Virus record (IMG/VR): IMGVR_UViG_3300044796_000394
Length of the DNA: 64,000 bases
Source of the DNA: a virus
Taxonomy: Duplodnaviria; Heunggongvirae; Uroviricota; Caudoviricetes
Direction: 5' to 3' (one strand)
Shown here: positions 19,732 to 29,511 of the stretch, piece after piece
How positions within the stretch are numbered: the first letter of the stretch is position 1
Layout of the letters: each line of letters opens with the position of its first letter
Program-made: the position numbers and the translations under genes
Notes under the pieces: generated by a model
What the model was told of the DNA's origin: nothing
Databases searched by the model: none
The model's input: only the letters and a program-made list of their open reading frames with translations

Positions 19732-20516
19732 ATAGAAAAATGAACCGTATGAATCGCCACAAAGCGGTTCCGGCCAACAGTACGACAAATCCTATCCAGA
19801 TTTTGACGAACTTTCCACCAATGGTGGAAACGAGTGTTATCAATCAAACACAAACGAATTACGAACTTTCGAGCAGTGGAATCATCTCCCACAAAAGGCG
19901 AGCGGCAGATACGTCGGTAAGGCCAGCCTTTGGCGTCATAGCTAGTATTATCATTTACGCCCCCGGAAAACCCGGCCCAATTACTGCGTACGACTTCGCT
20001 GGTGCATCCGCTGATGGCTCTCCCGCAGCAAGACGTACATATACCAAACTATTTCAAGTAAAATTCGGCAAAGGATTTCATTTAGCGGCGTTCTTCTTAA
20101 ATAGTATTCCGCCAATTGATGGTACACAAACACTGGTATTCAAGCACCCGCCATGCAAAAGAAGAGCAATATTGGCTGATCAGATAGTTAACGTAACCGG
20201 CGTAGACCAACAAGCATTCAAAAGCAGCAATAAAATGAATGCTCAAATCAATAGCGGGCCGACAAATGAAACGGCAGTTGATTCAGAATTAGTTTATGGC
20301 GTAATAGCATTCGGCGGAAACTTCAAGGATTATATCGCTCCGGCAGATTATATTCCAATCAATACCGCTTCAAGTAACGTAGACGAATTTGATGTTTCGT
20401 TGCGAACTTATTATAAATTAACATCCACGACGGGAAGTTTTAGGATTGGAGCCACATCTACTGGCGATTTTCAAGCGGCAGCAGCTGTGCAAACATTCAA
20501 GGCATTGACTCTATGA
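19728..20516 (+). CDS. Hypothetical (probable virion) protein
   Basis: ATGA-coupled 262-aa ORF, beta-rich. Confidence 0.65.
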   Translation: MNRKMNRMNRHKAVPANSTTNPIQILTNFPPMVETSVINQTQTNYELSSSGIISHKRRAADTSVRPAFGVIASIIIYAPGKPGPITAYDFAGASADGSPAARRTYTKLFQVKFGKGFHLAAFFLNSIPPIDGTQTLVFKHPPCKRRAILADQIVNVTGVDQQAFKSSNKMNAQINSGPTNETAVDSELVYGVIAFGGNFKDYIAPADYIPINTASSNVDEFDVSLRTYYKLTSTTGSFRIGATSTGDFQAAAAVQTFKALTL

Positions 20517-21796
20517 ACAAGAACAATTGGCATTTTTGGTACGAAGCAGAAATTCCCACGGGACAAGCGGGGCAAGCCCCTGCATCCGATCCCAACGCAC
20601 CGGGACAAGGCGGTAGCGTTACGCAACAACAACCCGCAAATCCGCCACAAGACGGTAGCGATCCCTCCGCACCTGCGCAACCAGAAGATGATGTAACGCA
20701 AGATCCACAAACCATTGAAACACCAAAATCAAATGACAAGGATTTTGAACAATGGCGTCACGACTTCATGGAAATGGCAGAAAAGTGTGATAATACCGAA
20801 ATGATGAATTCCATCAATTCAGTACGTGATATGCCCGGTCTGGAATCACCACAACGAAAATTTGTAGAAGATAACTTCCAAATCTTCTCGTTCCGCAGAG
20901 ACTCCAATATCCTCAAAGCGTCTACTGAAATCCGAAATAACATCAAAAAGGATTTGGATAGAATTAACCCCGGCACTACAGTGATGCAGCACTTGTGTCA
21001 AGCATTAGACGAACAACCACTGCTTTATCAGAACATCATCAAAATGGCTGGTACATTCGGATGGAAGAGTGATCTCCACCGTAAATGGTTGGCTGCTTTG
21101 ATGGGGGCTGTTCAAATCGGCGGCGGCGGTGTTATGAAAGACTTGGTCTACAGTGCCAAAGACTTCAACATTAACTTCAGCACCCGATTCGCAACCCAAT
21201 TCGGCGAAATCAACCTCAGCCGTTGGTCGCTGGTACAAGGCGATCCAAAACAATATTTGAAACCAGATGAACAAGAAAGCCTTCAAGAAGGTAGTCCAGA
21301 AGAAAAACAAGTACTCCGTCGTAAGATCATTATCAAATCCATTGGCGAAATGTTCCGCAAAAGAGCATTCTTGATCAATGTGGTTAACACCGATGGTACC
21401 GTGTACTCAATCGGATGGGATTTGGGCAATAGCCTCTTGGAATCCTACAAGAGTGGCAAGATCGTCGTTCGTGGCCAAGAAAGCGAAGACAAGGAAGTAC
21501 TGATCGGCGATGACGGCAATATCATTCCAGTGATCGACTACAACATCATGTTTGTTAAAGAGACCGGTGAAGTGGACGATGACGGAAGGCCAGAAACAAA
21601 CGAAGTGCCATTTATTCAAAGACGGGACAGTATTCTGTATCTCGTGGCCGATTTGGATACCATTCGTACTGCTACGGCGGGCATGAGCGGTATTTTCTTC
21701 AAGGAAACGCCTTACGGTGGAAATCCTGCTGAAATCCTGCAGCTACAACGTTCTGTACCGGGATTATTTGAAATCATCTTCCGACAAGTGGTGTAA
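20513..21796 (+). CDS. Hypothetical protein with Pro/Gln-rich N-terminus, possible head protein
   Basis: 427-aa coupled ORF; N-terminus MNKNNWHFWYEAE followed by a low-complexity linker. Confidence 0.7.
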   Translation: MNKNNWHFWYEAEIPTGQAGQAPASDPNAPGQGGSVTQQQPANPPQDGSDPSAPAQPEDDVTQDPQTIETPKSNDKDFEQWRHDFMEMAEKCDNTEMMNSINSVRDMPGLESPQRKFVEDNFQIFSFRRDSNILKASTEIRNNIKKDLDRINPGTTVMQHLCQALDEQPLLYQNIIKMAGTFGWKSDLHRKWLAALMGAVQIGGGGVMKDLVYSAKDFNINFSTRFATQFGEINLSRWSLVQGDPKQYLKPDEQESLQEGSPEEKQVLRRKIIIKSIGEMFRKRAFLINVVNTDGTVYSIGWDLGNSLLESYKSGKIVVRGQESEDKEVLIGDDGNIIPVIDYNIMFVKETGEVDDDGRPETNEVPFIQRRDSILYLVADLDTIRTATAGMSGIFFKETPYGGNPAEILQLQRSVPGLFEIIFRQVV

Positions 21797-22269
21797 TGAA
21801 GAAGTTTATCTTATCATTAATTTGCTGTTTGAGTCTTGCTACCTATGCGGTTTCAGTTGATACGAAACCGCATATGGAACACAGTACGTCTTTCGTAGCA
21901 TTTCCACAAGATTGTAACGCCAATCCGCCAATGGTTTTCGGAGGGAAACTATTATCCGAAATGGATAGATGTGCAGGCATTACGACAAGAAGGTTTCTTT
22001 TTGCTTCACCCGTTGGTGCCAAAGATGCTGTAACGATTGCAATCAATAATGTCAAGTTTCACAAAAGTGCCGAAGTCAAGGATTTATTAATCGTAACGGG
22101 AAAAGTAATCAAGGTTGGTGAAAAGTCCATAACAATCAAAGTAACGATAGAAAAAGAAATGGCTGACGGACTAGAACTGGTGATTGAAGGGGAATTTGTG
22201 TTTTGTGCTTACGACCTAACACAAAAGAAAGCCATACCTCATGGAATAATACTCGAAGAAGGTAAATAA
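21796..22269 (+). CDS. Acyl-CoA thioesterase (hotdog fold, YciA-like)
   Basis: FPQDCNAN..VFGGKLLSEMD..A, AVT......F, VGEKSI motifs; hydrophobic N-terminus. Confidence 0.85.
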   Translation: MKKFILSLICCLSLATYAVSVDTKPHMEHSTSFVAFPQDCNANPPMVFGGKLLSEMDRCAGITTRRFLFASPVGAKDAVTIAINNVKFHKSAEVKDLLIVTGKVIKVGEKSITIKVTIEKEMADGLELVIEGEFVFCAYDLTQKKAIPHGIILEEGK

Positions 22270-22272
22270 GAC

Positions 22273-22788
22273 ATGAGAAGATTTTCAGGCTTTATGGAAC
22301 GCAAAGATCGGGAAAACAAGAACAACCTCAGAGTACTGAGTAAAGTTCTTGAACGTGCCGGTTTTACTGTTCATGACCACCTCGATCACCATCAAGATCC
22401 ATACATTTACATTGAAAAACCCATTGGCTTTGATCCCTTGATTGAAAGTTTGACTTTCGGCGGCATCAGAGTTTACACACGTGGTACTGATATTGTCAGT
22501 TTTCGTCCGCAGAACAAAGAAGCCGCTGAGCCTTTTGGATTAGCGTATCTGTTGGACGTAACTGGCATGTATAAAGATTTGATCCGTGAACAAAATACGG
22601 ATAAAATCGGCCTCGATCTTATTCGCTATTTAGTTGAAGAAGTTTCTAACTTTTTCGTTATTTCCGCCAAGAAGCAATCTGATGATGAAGGTGATAAAGT
22701 TATTGACTCAATGGGTACGGTTATTAATGGCAGTACGGGCGGTGCAGGAAGTAAGGATTACGGCAATTCAATAAGTAACCGTGGATAA
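22273..22788 (+). CDS. Hypothetical protein
   Basis: 171-aa ORF; TAAATA-agac-ATG upstream; N-terminus MRRFSGFMER. Confidence 0.7.
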   Translation: MRRFSGFMERKDRENKNNLRVLSKVLERAGFTVHDHLDHHQDPYIYIEKPIGFDPLIESLTFGGIRVYTRGTDIVSFRPQNKEAAEPFGLAYLLDVTGMYKDLIREQNTDKIGLDLIRYLVEEVSNFFVISAKKQSDDEGDKVIDSMGTVINGSTGGAGSKDYGNSISNRG

Positions 22789-22797
22789 TGGAGTTAA

Positions 22798-23493
22798 ATG
22801 CCACCATCACAACCGCCGCAAGGCCCAATTGGAACTTCGCCCGGTCTTACTGCTCAAGACCTGCTCAATAATCAACAAAATGCTCGACAGGCCAATCAAC
22901 AATCTGGCGAGCAACAACAGCAAAAGCTCCAAAATAACGCCGACAAATTCAAAAAGTCGATATTCAAAAAAATACAAAACAAAACGATCCAACCCGGAGC
23001 GTTAATTGTATTTCGATACAATTTTTATAAACACGATCCTTCCCCCCTATGTTTAGTAGGACGGATGGGAATGAACGGAATGTTATCTGGTCTCAATCTA
23101 CATTATTTGACATTTAGGTATGTTAAACAGCTAGTACAGATGTATTGCGGCAAAAACTTTAATTACCAGTTAATCAAAGGCAACAAATACATAGTTAACG
23201 CTTATCGTAGCTATAAGAGGGAAGGCAGAAAAGACGTTCAGGTTCTTGATTGTGATTTTCTACTAGGAGTATTAGGAACAGTTAGGTCGTTCAAACCGAG
23301 CGAACTGGAAGCTATAAGGCAATCGGTGCAAAAGCAATTACAGGAAAAGATGCACCCAACTGCCGAAGATGTATCAAAACAATACCAAAATTACGTACGA
23401 CCGCAAGATCATACGGCATTTGGAACGAATAAAGAAATGCCGGATGCTCGCATGAACCCTAATAACATGCAGCAACCAGAATTACCTCAGTAA
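22798..23493 (+). CDS. T4 gp2-like DNA end protector protein
   Basis: PG..IVFRY....HDPSPL......G.LSGLNLHYL...AYRSYK motif set of the gp2 family. Confidence 0.65.
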   Translation: MPPSQPPQGPIGTSPGLTAQDLLNNQQNARQANQQSGEQQQQKLQNNADKFKKSIFKKIQNKTIQPGALIVFRYNFYKHDPSPLCLVGRMGMNGMLSGLNLHYLTFRYVKQLVQMYCGKNFNYQLIKGNKYIVNAYRSYKREGRKDVQVLDCDFLLGVLGTVRSFKPSELEAIRQSVQKQLQEKMHPTAEDVSKQYQNYVRPQDHTAFGTNKEMPDARMNPNNMQQPELPQ

Positions 23494-23496
23494 AGT

Positions 23497-26400
23497 ATGG
23501 CGAATTTTTCTATATCTGATGAAAACGGTCGGTCGAGCAATTTTGATGTGCCGGATGGAATGTCACCGGCTGACCTTGCCAAAGCATTAGCCGACTCACT
23601 CAAAGGGCCGGTAGGCAAAGCCACACCATACAACAAAGGCAAATCCCCAGAGCAACAAAGGGCAATTGAACAACTCAAGCAAATTGAAAAGTTTAACGAT
23701 GGATTGAGTGAAGCTAATGAATCCCTAAAAAATATCCTATCTGTTCTGGCAACTAAGGGCAGTGGCGGAAGTAGAGGTTCAACGGTTCGTGGATTCAGTA
23801 ACGGTCGTGGTTATGGTGGTGGCAGTTCTGGAGAAGTTGGCATTGGCGAAGCAGGTTCTGCAAGAGTTGAACGCACCATGACCAATATCTCCCATTCGGC
23901 GCATGACATCACAAATGAAATGCGATTGATGAAGGGTCATGCTGGTACTTACGGTACCAAACTCAAATTGCTCAAAGGCGACTTCGCAAAAATATTAGGC
24001 GATCTTGAAACGAAAATTCACTTTGACAAAGAAGATGCTGCACTTATGGAACGTGGTTTAGCCAACTTCCATAAAATGAATGCCGAACAAAGAGACTTCC
24101 TCCAAAAGCGTGCTCACGATCTACAAAAGATTCGTGTTGAATTGGATGCGATGGCCGATGGACAATCCAAAGATTACGCAGCAGCCAAGTACGAAGACCG
24201 ATTACGGGACTTTGTAAGAAACATGTCTTACGCTGCCAATGCTTCCATGACGACAATGATGGACAGACTCCGCAGCTTTGGTTCGGCAATGAGCAGTGTC
24301 GCCAAAACATTAACTGTCAAAGACCTAGTACAAGTAGATTTTCACCTAGACCCCGGACAAATGGCCGATGAGTCCGTTAAGTGGTTGCGTGACATCAATC
24401 AAGCCATGTTTGACGCTACCGGCAATGCGGAAGACATGCGAAAGTCCCAAAAGGGCTTCTACACCGACATTTATAAGTTGGGCTTAGATATTGAAAACAT
24501 CTACGCTGAAACTGGACAAACCGCAGCGGGATGGCGTAAAGAGCTAATGATTATGACCCGCCAAGGTATGCGGGGCGGAAAACAATTAGAGAACACAGTT
24601 AAAGCCGGTTTGTCATTGGCACATCTGATCGGTACTGATGCTACAGCTACCACGCAGGAAATTGGCGGATGGGTACAAGGCTTCGATCTATCCAATGCCG
24701 CTGCGATGAACCTGACTGCTAATATTCGTCAAGTTGGACGAATGACAGGCATTACAGGTGAAAGTCTCTTACAGGCAACTCAGAATGCTAGAGCCTTAGC
24801 TAAGCAAATGTTCAACTTCGGCATGTATAGCGAAGCAGGAACAAAGTCGTTGATCGGCCTGTCGGCGCAAGCCAAGAGGATGGGTACTGAAAATAAGTCT
24901 AATGAAATCATGATGGGGTTGATGGGACAACAAAACCTTTACGAAAGAACCTCACCGGGCATGAGAGCATTCATGGTACGTGCTGCTTCGCAAGGCGGCG
25001 TCATGAATCAACTTCAGAATGGCGAAGTACTTAACGATGCTGGTTCCAAGAGAAGCTTTGCTGGCGGCATGAGAGGATCACTGAATAACTTCTTGGGTAT
25101 GATGGGTGTATCAAACGTTTCACAACTCAAGGGACAAAACCTCATCAGCGCCAACAATTTCGCCAAGGGTAATGGATTTGATGGTATTATTGAACTCGAA
25201 CGCACAATTAAGAGCTTTGAGAATTCAGCACTTTCAATCGAAGATAAGATTGCCAGCATCACAAAGGATATAGCCACCAACGTTTACAGTACGAAAGAAC
25301 TTGAAGACCTCAATAAAGAGGTTGAATTGTTACGTGCTGGTAAGACCAAAGAAGAATTTACGGATGCGATCACCAAGCTAATTGACGAGTCAAGATCAGG
25401 TGTTAATGTTGAAGATAAGCTAAGAAATGCTGTTGATATGCTCAACAGAAACACTAAAAAGAAGATTACAGAAAAGCAAATCGGTGAAGCGTTAGCTAAA
25501 GGGCCAACTGGCTTTAAGGATTTATTAGAAGATGTCAGTAAGGCTTTACAAGATTCTGATCTTGAGGATAAGCAAAAGGGATTAGATCCAGCGACAGCCG
25601 CAACTAGAACTTTGGCCGACCAGATGTTGGCAATGCAAAAACAAGTAGAAGCACTAAGACTCGTAACGTTAACACAAACCGAGTTGGTAGTTCGTGCCAA
25701 TACTGAAGCAATTGTTGACTTGATGAACAAACTAATGGGCTTCAAGGATGAAATGGTTGCCTTGAAACATGCCGTTGTTGCATTGAGCGGCGTTAATGCT
25801 GCTAAGATGTTGGCTCCGGGTGGAATGGGTGGTGGAGCAGGCGCATTGGGTGTGGGTCTAATCGGTGCCGGATTAGTAGCAACAGTTGATCAACGAGTCA
25901 AAGCCGATAAAGCCGACACGGCGCAATACGAAAAGCAAGTACTTGACCATTTTGGCAATCAAAATGGTGTGGCTCAAGCGGCCTTAGACGAACAACTGAA
26001 AAAGACACAAAATGCTTTTGAACAAAAAATCATTCTGAAGCAGAAGGAATTGACCGATAGAACGAATCAAGTATTGGCAGATTCCGCAAGTTGGGACAAA
26101 CGGTCAAATGACAAAGATGTCCAAATTCAGCGTGGATTAGGAGGTTGGTTCAAGAATCAACTTGGTTATGAAGGTCGTAAAGAACAAAAGGCCCAAGATG
26201 CCGAAATGGCGAAGAAGTTAACCGACGAAGCATTGTCGATTAAGGGTGAACAAGAAGGATTGAATGCCCTTAGAGGGAAACAAAACGATGTTGCTAATGC
26301 ACGTGAAGCTTTCCGTCTCAAGATGGGAAGCAAGGCCGGTGATGAAGCATGGAATAAGTACTTCACCGAAGCTGCAAGCAAGAAGATGGGCCAAAACTTC

Positions 26401-27030
26401 GCAAACTACCATTATGCTGTAATGGGCGTGTCGCCGGAAGCTGGTAAAGCCATCTTTAATGAATCTAATGGAATGGGACCGGCAGGTGGTGTTGAATCGT
26501 TGGATGATTTGGGAATTAAGACCAAATCATTCAATGATGCTATGCTAAACATGAACGATCTAGCCGCTGCTGGATTGAAGCCGGGATCAATTTATGTTCA
26601 CGATACTCACTTGGAAGACCTATTAAAGAATGTTCCGGGTTACATGCAAACGCTAACTACTGCGCCTATGGAAATGGCACTAGCTAGGCCGGAAGAGGTT
26701 GCGGTTGCGGTTGCCGAACAATTGAACCAATCGGTACTTCACAGACGGATTGAAACGGAATTCGCAGGTATTGATGTCGATGCTACGATGCATTTAGCCA
26801 ATGATTTGTTGGCTCAAATTGCCTATAGCAATAAAGAACAAGTGGATTTGATGAGACAACAAATTGGTGCCTTGATGGCAGTTGTCAGATCATTGGGTGG
26901 TGCTGCTGGCCCGGCTGGTAGTACCACAAATCCCGTTGTACCTTTGTCAACGCCTTCATATTACCAATGGAATATGAGACAGATGAATATGGCGAATTTC
27001 GGTGGCGTTGAAAACTATGTTCGAGGATAA
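23497..27030 (+). CDS. Tail tape measure protein
   Basis: 1177 aa, helical, Ala/Gly/Met/Gln-rich, with a Gly-rich hydrophobic segment and a C-terminal GSIYVHDTH motif; sits near the tail and baseplate genes. Confidence 0.75.
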   Translation: MANFSISDENGRSSNFDVPDGMSPADLAKALADSLKGPVGKATPYNKGKSPEQQRAIEQLKQIEKFNDGLSEANESLKNILSVLATKGSGGSRGSTVRGFSNGRGYGGGSSGEVGIGEAGSARVERTMTNISHSAHDITNEMRLMKGHAGTYGTKLKLLKGDFAKILGDLETKIHFDKEDAALMERGLANFHKMNAEQRDFLQKRAHDLQKIRVELDAMADGQSKDYAAAKYEDRLRDFVRNMSYAANASMTTMMDRLRSFGSAMSSVAKTLTVKDLVQVDFHLDPGQMADESVKWLRDINQAMFDATGNAEDMRKSQKGFYTDIYKLGLDIENIYAETGQTAAGWRKELMIMTRQGMRGGKQLENTVKAGLSLAHLIGTDATATTQEIGGWVQGFDLSNAAAMNLTANIRQVGRMTGITGESLLQATQNARALAKQMFNFGMYSEAGTKSLIGLSAQAKRMGTENKSNEIMMGLMGQQNLYERTSPGMRAFMVRAASQGGVMNQLQNGEVLNDAGSKRSFAGGMRGSLNNFLGMMGVSNVSQLKGQNLISANNFAKGNGFDGIIELERTIKSFENSALSIEDKIASITKDIATNVYSTKELEDLNKEVELLRAGKTKEEFTDAITKLIDESRSGVNVEDKLRNAVDMLNRNTKKKITEKQIGEALAKGPTGFKDLLEDVSKALQDSDLEDKQKGLDPATAATRTLADQMLAMQKQVEALRLVTLTQTELVVRANTEAIVDLMNKLMGFKDEMVALKHAVVALSGVNAAKMLAPGGMGGGAGALGVGLIGAGLVATVDQRVKADKADTAQYEKQVLDHFGNQNGVAQAALDEQLKKTQNAFEQKIILKQKELTDRTNQVLADSASWDKRSNDKDVQIQRGLGGWFKNQLGYEGRKEQKAQDAEMAKKLTDEALSIKGEQEGLNALRGKQNDVANAREAFRLKMGSKAGDEAWNKYFTEAASKKMGQNFANYHYAVMGVSPEAGKAIFNESNGMGPAGGVESLDDLGIKTKSFNDAMLNMNDLAAAGLKPGSIYVHDTHLEDLLKNVPGYMQTLTTAPMEMALARPEEVAVAVAEQLNQSVLHRRIETEFAGIDVDATMHLANDLLAQIAYSNKEQVDLMRQQIGALMAVVRSLGGAAGPAGSTTNPVVPLSTPSYYQWNMRQMNMANFGGVENYVRG

Positions 27031-27039
27031 AAAAATAAA

Positions 27040-28353
27040 ATGCAAAAGTTGACAATACATAATGATATGACTTCTATTCTTGAATTAATGGGCTGCAATT
27101 TTACCAACTTTGTTAATTACAAAGAAGGCAAAGATACAGCAGCTATCGAACCCCACGTTATCAAAGCTGATCCACCGATGAAAATTCCGGCTGGATTGAA
27201 GAGATTGGCTGAAGCCTTCAAAAAGGCCAAGGAAGTTTCTATCGGCAAGGAAATCGATACGAAAGCCGGTGGCGAAAAAGACGTTACGCTTAAAGCCAAA
27301 CGCCTCTTTATCGTAGGCGGTGCCGTACGTGATCACATGCTGAACCACACGCCAAAGAACTTTGACTTGGCTACTGATGCCCACCCAGAAGAAGTCACTA
27401 AGATTTTACAAGCTGCAAAGCCTTCTATTCAAATTGTCAAGCAAGACCCCAAAAAGGGCTGTACGACAGTTAAAGTTGACGGTGAAAGCTACGAAATCCA
27501 AACTCTCAAAAAGAAGAGCGATAATAAAGAAGAAGGCGATGTTTTCACGGCAGAACCGGGCGAAGATAGCCAAAGTCGTGATTACACAGTTAACGCCCTT
27601 TATTACGATATTTGTGCCAATCAAATCATTGACCACGTTGGAGGATTGCGTCACCTTCAAGACGGTACTGTAAAAGCCATTGGTGGTGCGGATAAACTCA
27701 AAGCTGATGGGATGACGAAATTCAAAGGCATGAGATTATTGAATACCATGCCAAACGGTAAGTTTGATGATGAAACCAAAGCGGCAATGGATAAACATAG
27801 CGGTGATGATGAAGACCTCAATCCAGAAAAAGTGAGAGAAGAATTCTTGCGAGGATTGGAACACGCCCACAGTGATGTTAAGAAGTACATCCAATCTTAT
27901 GCACAACAAGGATTGCTGGCAAAGGTGTTCCCAAAACTCCAAATTTCTAAGGATGTTCCAGATTCAATTTCCAAGAGTCGCCCCCTCGTTTTGGCTTTCT
28001 TGTTAAAAGACAACAAACCTTCCAAGTTGGTACCAGCATTGAAAGCTTTGAAGTACAGCGATAGAGAAATCAAAGATGCTGTTTACCTTATCAATCTGCT
28101 TTGGTTCGCCCCAGACTTTGTGTACGAATTCAAGAAAGAACTTTTGAATACGAGTCTCACCCGTCGCCAAATTCTGGATTGGGCTAAATTAGTTAAGCTC
28201 GATAAAGGCATGATTGAAAAATTGGTAGATTATCAACTCAGAATTAACGGTGATAATGTTCCCAAGTCGCCCGGTGAAGACGCTACTGCTTCCCGTGAGA
28301 AGATTAAGAAGATGGAAGCCGACGAATTCAAAAAAACCTTATCGGAGAAGTAA
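27040..28353 (+). CDS. CCA-adding/poly(A) polymerase-family nucleotidyltransferase homologue with degenerate active site
   Basis: FIVGGAVRD, PKNFDLAT (DxD to NxD), EDSQSRDYTVNA (RRD to SRD), ADGMTK in place of EDxxR. True start may be 27067 or 27088. Confidence 0.85.
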   Translation: MQKLTIHNDMTSILELMGCNFTNFVNYKEGKDTAAIEPHVIKADPPMKIPAGLKRLAEAFKKAKEVSIGKEIDTKAGGEKDVTLKAKRLFIVGGAVRDHMLNHTPKNFDLATDAHPEEVTKILQAAKPSIQIVKQDPKKGCTTVKVDGESYEIQTLKKKSDNKEEGDVFTAEPGEDSQSRDYTVNALYYDICANQIIDHVGGLRHLQDGTVKAIGGADKLKADGMTKFKGMRLLNTMPNGKFDDETKAAMDKHSGDDEDLNPEKVREEFLRGLEHAHSDVKKYIQSYAQQGLLAKVFPKLQISKDVPDSISKSRPLVLAFLLKDNKPSKLVPALKALKYSDREIKDAVYLINLLWFAPDFVYEFKKELLNTSLTRRQILDWAKLVKLDKGMIEKLVDYQLRINGDNVPKSPGEDATASREKIKKMEADEFKKTLSEK

Positions 28354-29249
28354 TGGATAGTTTTGAAGAATATCGTAAACTTCACGAAGAAGAACAGCCG
28401 GGGATCGACCAAACCGGCTCAATTGAGCAAGTCCCACAACCTGCCCCACCCGATCACACCTTAGCTAACGTACTGAGTAGTGCTGGCTTGGGTTTAGTGA
28501 TGGGTGTTTTAGGTGCCTATGGCCTCAAACAAGTTCAAAAAGCATTATATCGCAGCGGTTATGGTTCAGGCCCACAAGCCTTTGTCAGATACGCCAAAAA
28601 TCTCGTTGGCATTAAACCTTATCAACCCCATAAATTTACGCCAGAAGAACAAAAGGCTATTAGTCGTAAGTTCTCTGAAATGATGAGTCAAGAGCGTGCA
28701 GCGATGCGTGGCAAAGACGAAGCCAAGCCAACGGAAGACAATAATCCCTTATTGGCTGACCGCATCAAGGATTTTATCGGACGCATTTTCAATCCAGCAA
28801 AATCACCGAGACGAGCTACGGCGGCACTTGCTAGAGCGGTTATCGCATTCAGCAGAAACGCCCAACCAGAACAAACAGATGTCCAAACAGTTCTCGGTGC
28901 CTTGTCTAGCGGAAGTGCTTCGGACGAATTCAAGACTTGGTACAGTGCCAACGCAACCAAAGCTAAAGACATCAATAAGACGATTGGTGCTGGTAAAAAC
29001 AAACGACCACTTCAATACACCAAGTACGATCTTGGCAAGTTGCCAATGAAACAAATTGATTTCGGTTTGATAGTTAAGTTCTTCCGATCAATTTACGGCC
29101 ATCAAATGAGCGGCAAGACACCAGAAGACGCCAAGCCCCAAGCAAAAGTTATCGGACTTCAAAGTGATGCTGAAAAGCAAGCTAGGGATCATAGACTTGA
29201 CGTAACGGCGAATGCCCTACAAAGCAATCGTGGCGAACCTGCTGTATAA
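28353..29249 (+). CDS. Hypothetical protein with one hydrophobic helix, possible head-packaged protein
   Basis: Coupled 298-aa ORF; N-terminus MDSFEEYRKLHEEE. Confidence 0.7.
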   Translation: MDSFEEYRKLHEEEQPGIDQTGSIEQVPQPAPPDHTLANVLSSAGLGLVMGVLGAYGLKQVQKALYRSGYGSGPQAFVRYAKNLVGIKPYQPHKFTPEEQKAISRKFSEMMSQERAAMRGKDEAKPTEDNNPLLADRIKDFIGRIFNPAKSPRRATAALARAVIAFSRNAQPEQTDVQTVLGALSSGSASDEFKTWYSANATKAKDINKTIGAGKNKRPLQYTKYDLGKLPMKQIDFGLIVKFFRSIYGHQMSGKTPEDAKPQAKVIGLQSDAEKQARDHRLDVTANALQSNRGEPAV

Positions 29250-29250
29250 C

Positions 29251-29279
29251 AAAAAAGCCCCGCATTGCGGGGCTTTTTT
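29251..29279. terminator. Bidirectional rho-independent terminator
   Basis: AAAAAAGCCCCGC-ATT-GCGGGGCTTTTTT between convergent gene blocks. Confidence 0.92.
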
Positions 29280-29455
29280 CATTTATTGATTTTTTCACTC
29301 ACTGTGGAATCGCCTTCTTGAGCTATCCAAAGTAATTCACCAGTGTTGGAATTCCAGAAGGCAATACCATAACGGTTCTCACACACTTCATTCCAACCTA
29401 TATTTGCTCTGATTTTGTATGCTTCTTCATTCGTAATGGGGCGAGACTTGTACAT
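29279..29455 (-). CDS. Small hypothetical protein (58 aa)
   Basis: MYKSRPITNEEAYKIR...SEKINK; AAGGA Shine-Dalgarno and a sigma70-like promoter upstream; below the ORF-track cut-off. Confidence 0.6.
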   Translation of the reverse strand: MYKSRPITNEEAYKIRANIGWNEVCENRYGIAFWNSNTGELLWIAQEGDSTVSEKINK

Positions 29456-29481
29456 GATGAATCATCCTTTTGGAAAAGAAC

Positions 29482-29511
29482 ACTATATCACAAATTAATG
29501 CCAATTGTCAA
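29482..29511 (-). promoter_or_regulatory. Sigma70-type (early) promoter
   Basis: TTGACA-18 nt-TATAGT with TG immediately upstream of the -10 box (extended -10). Confidence 0.65.
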
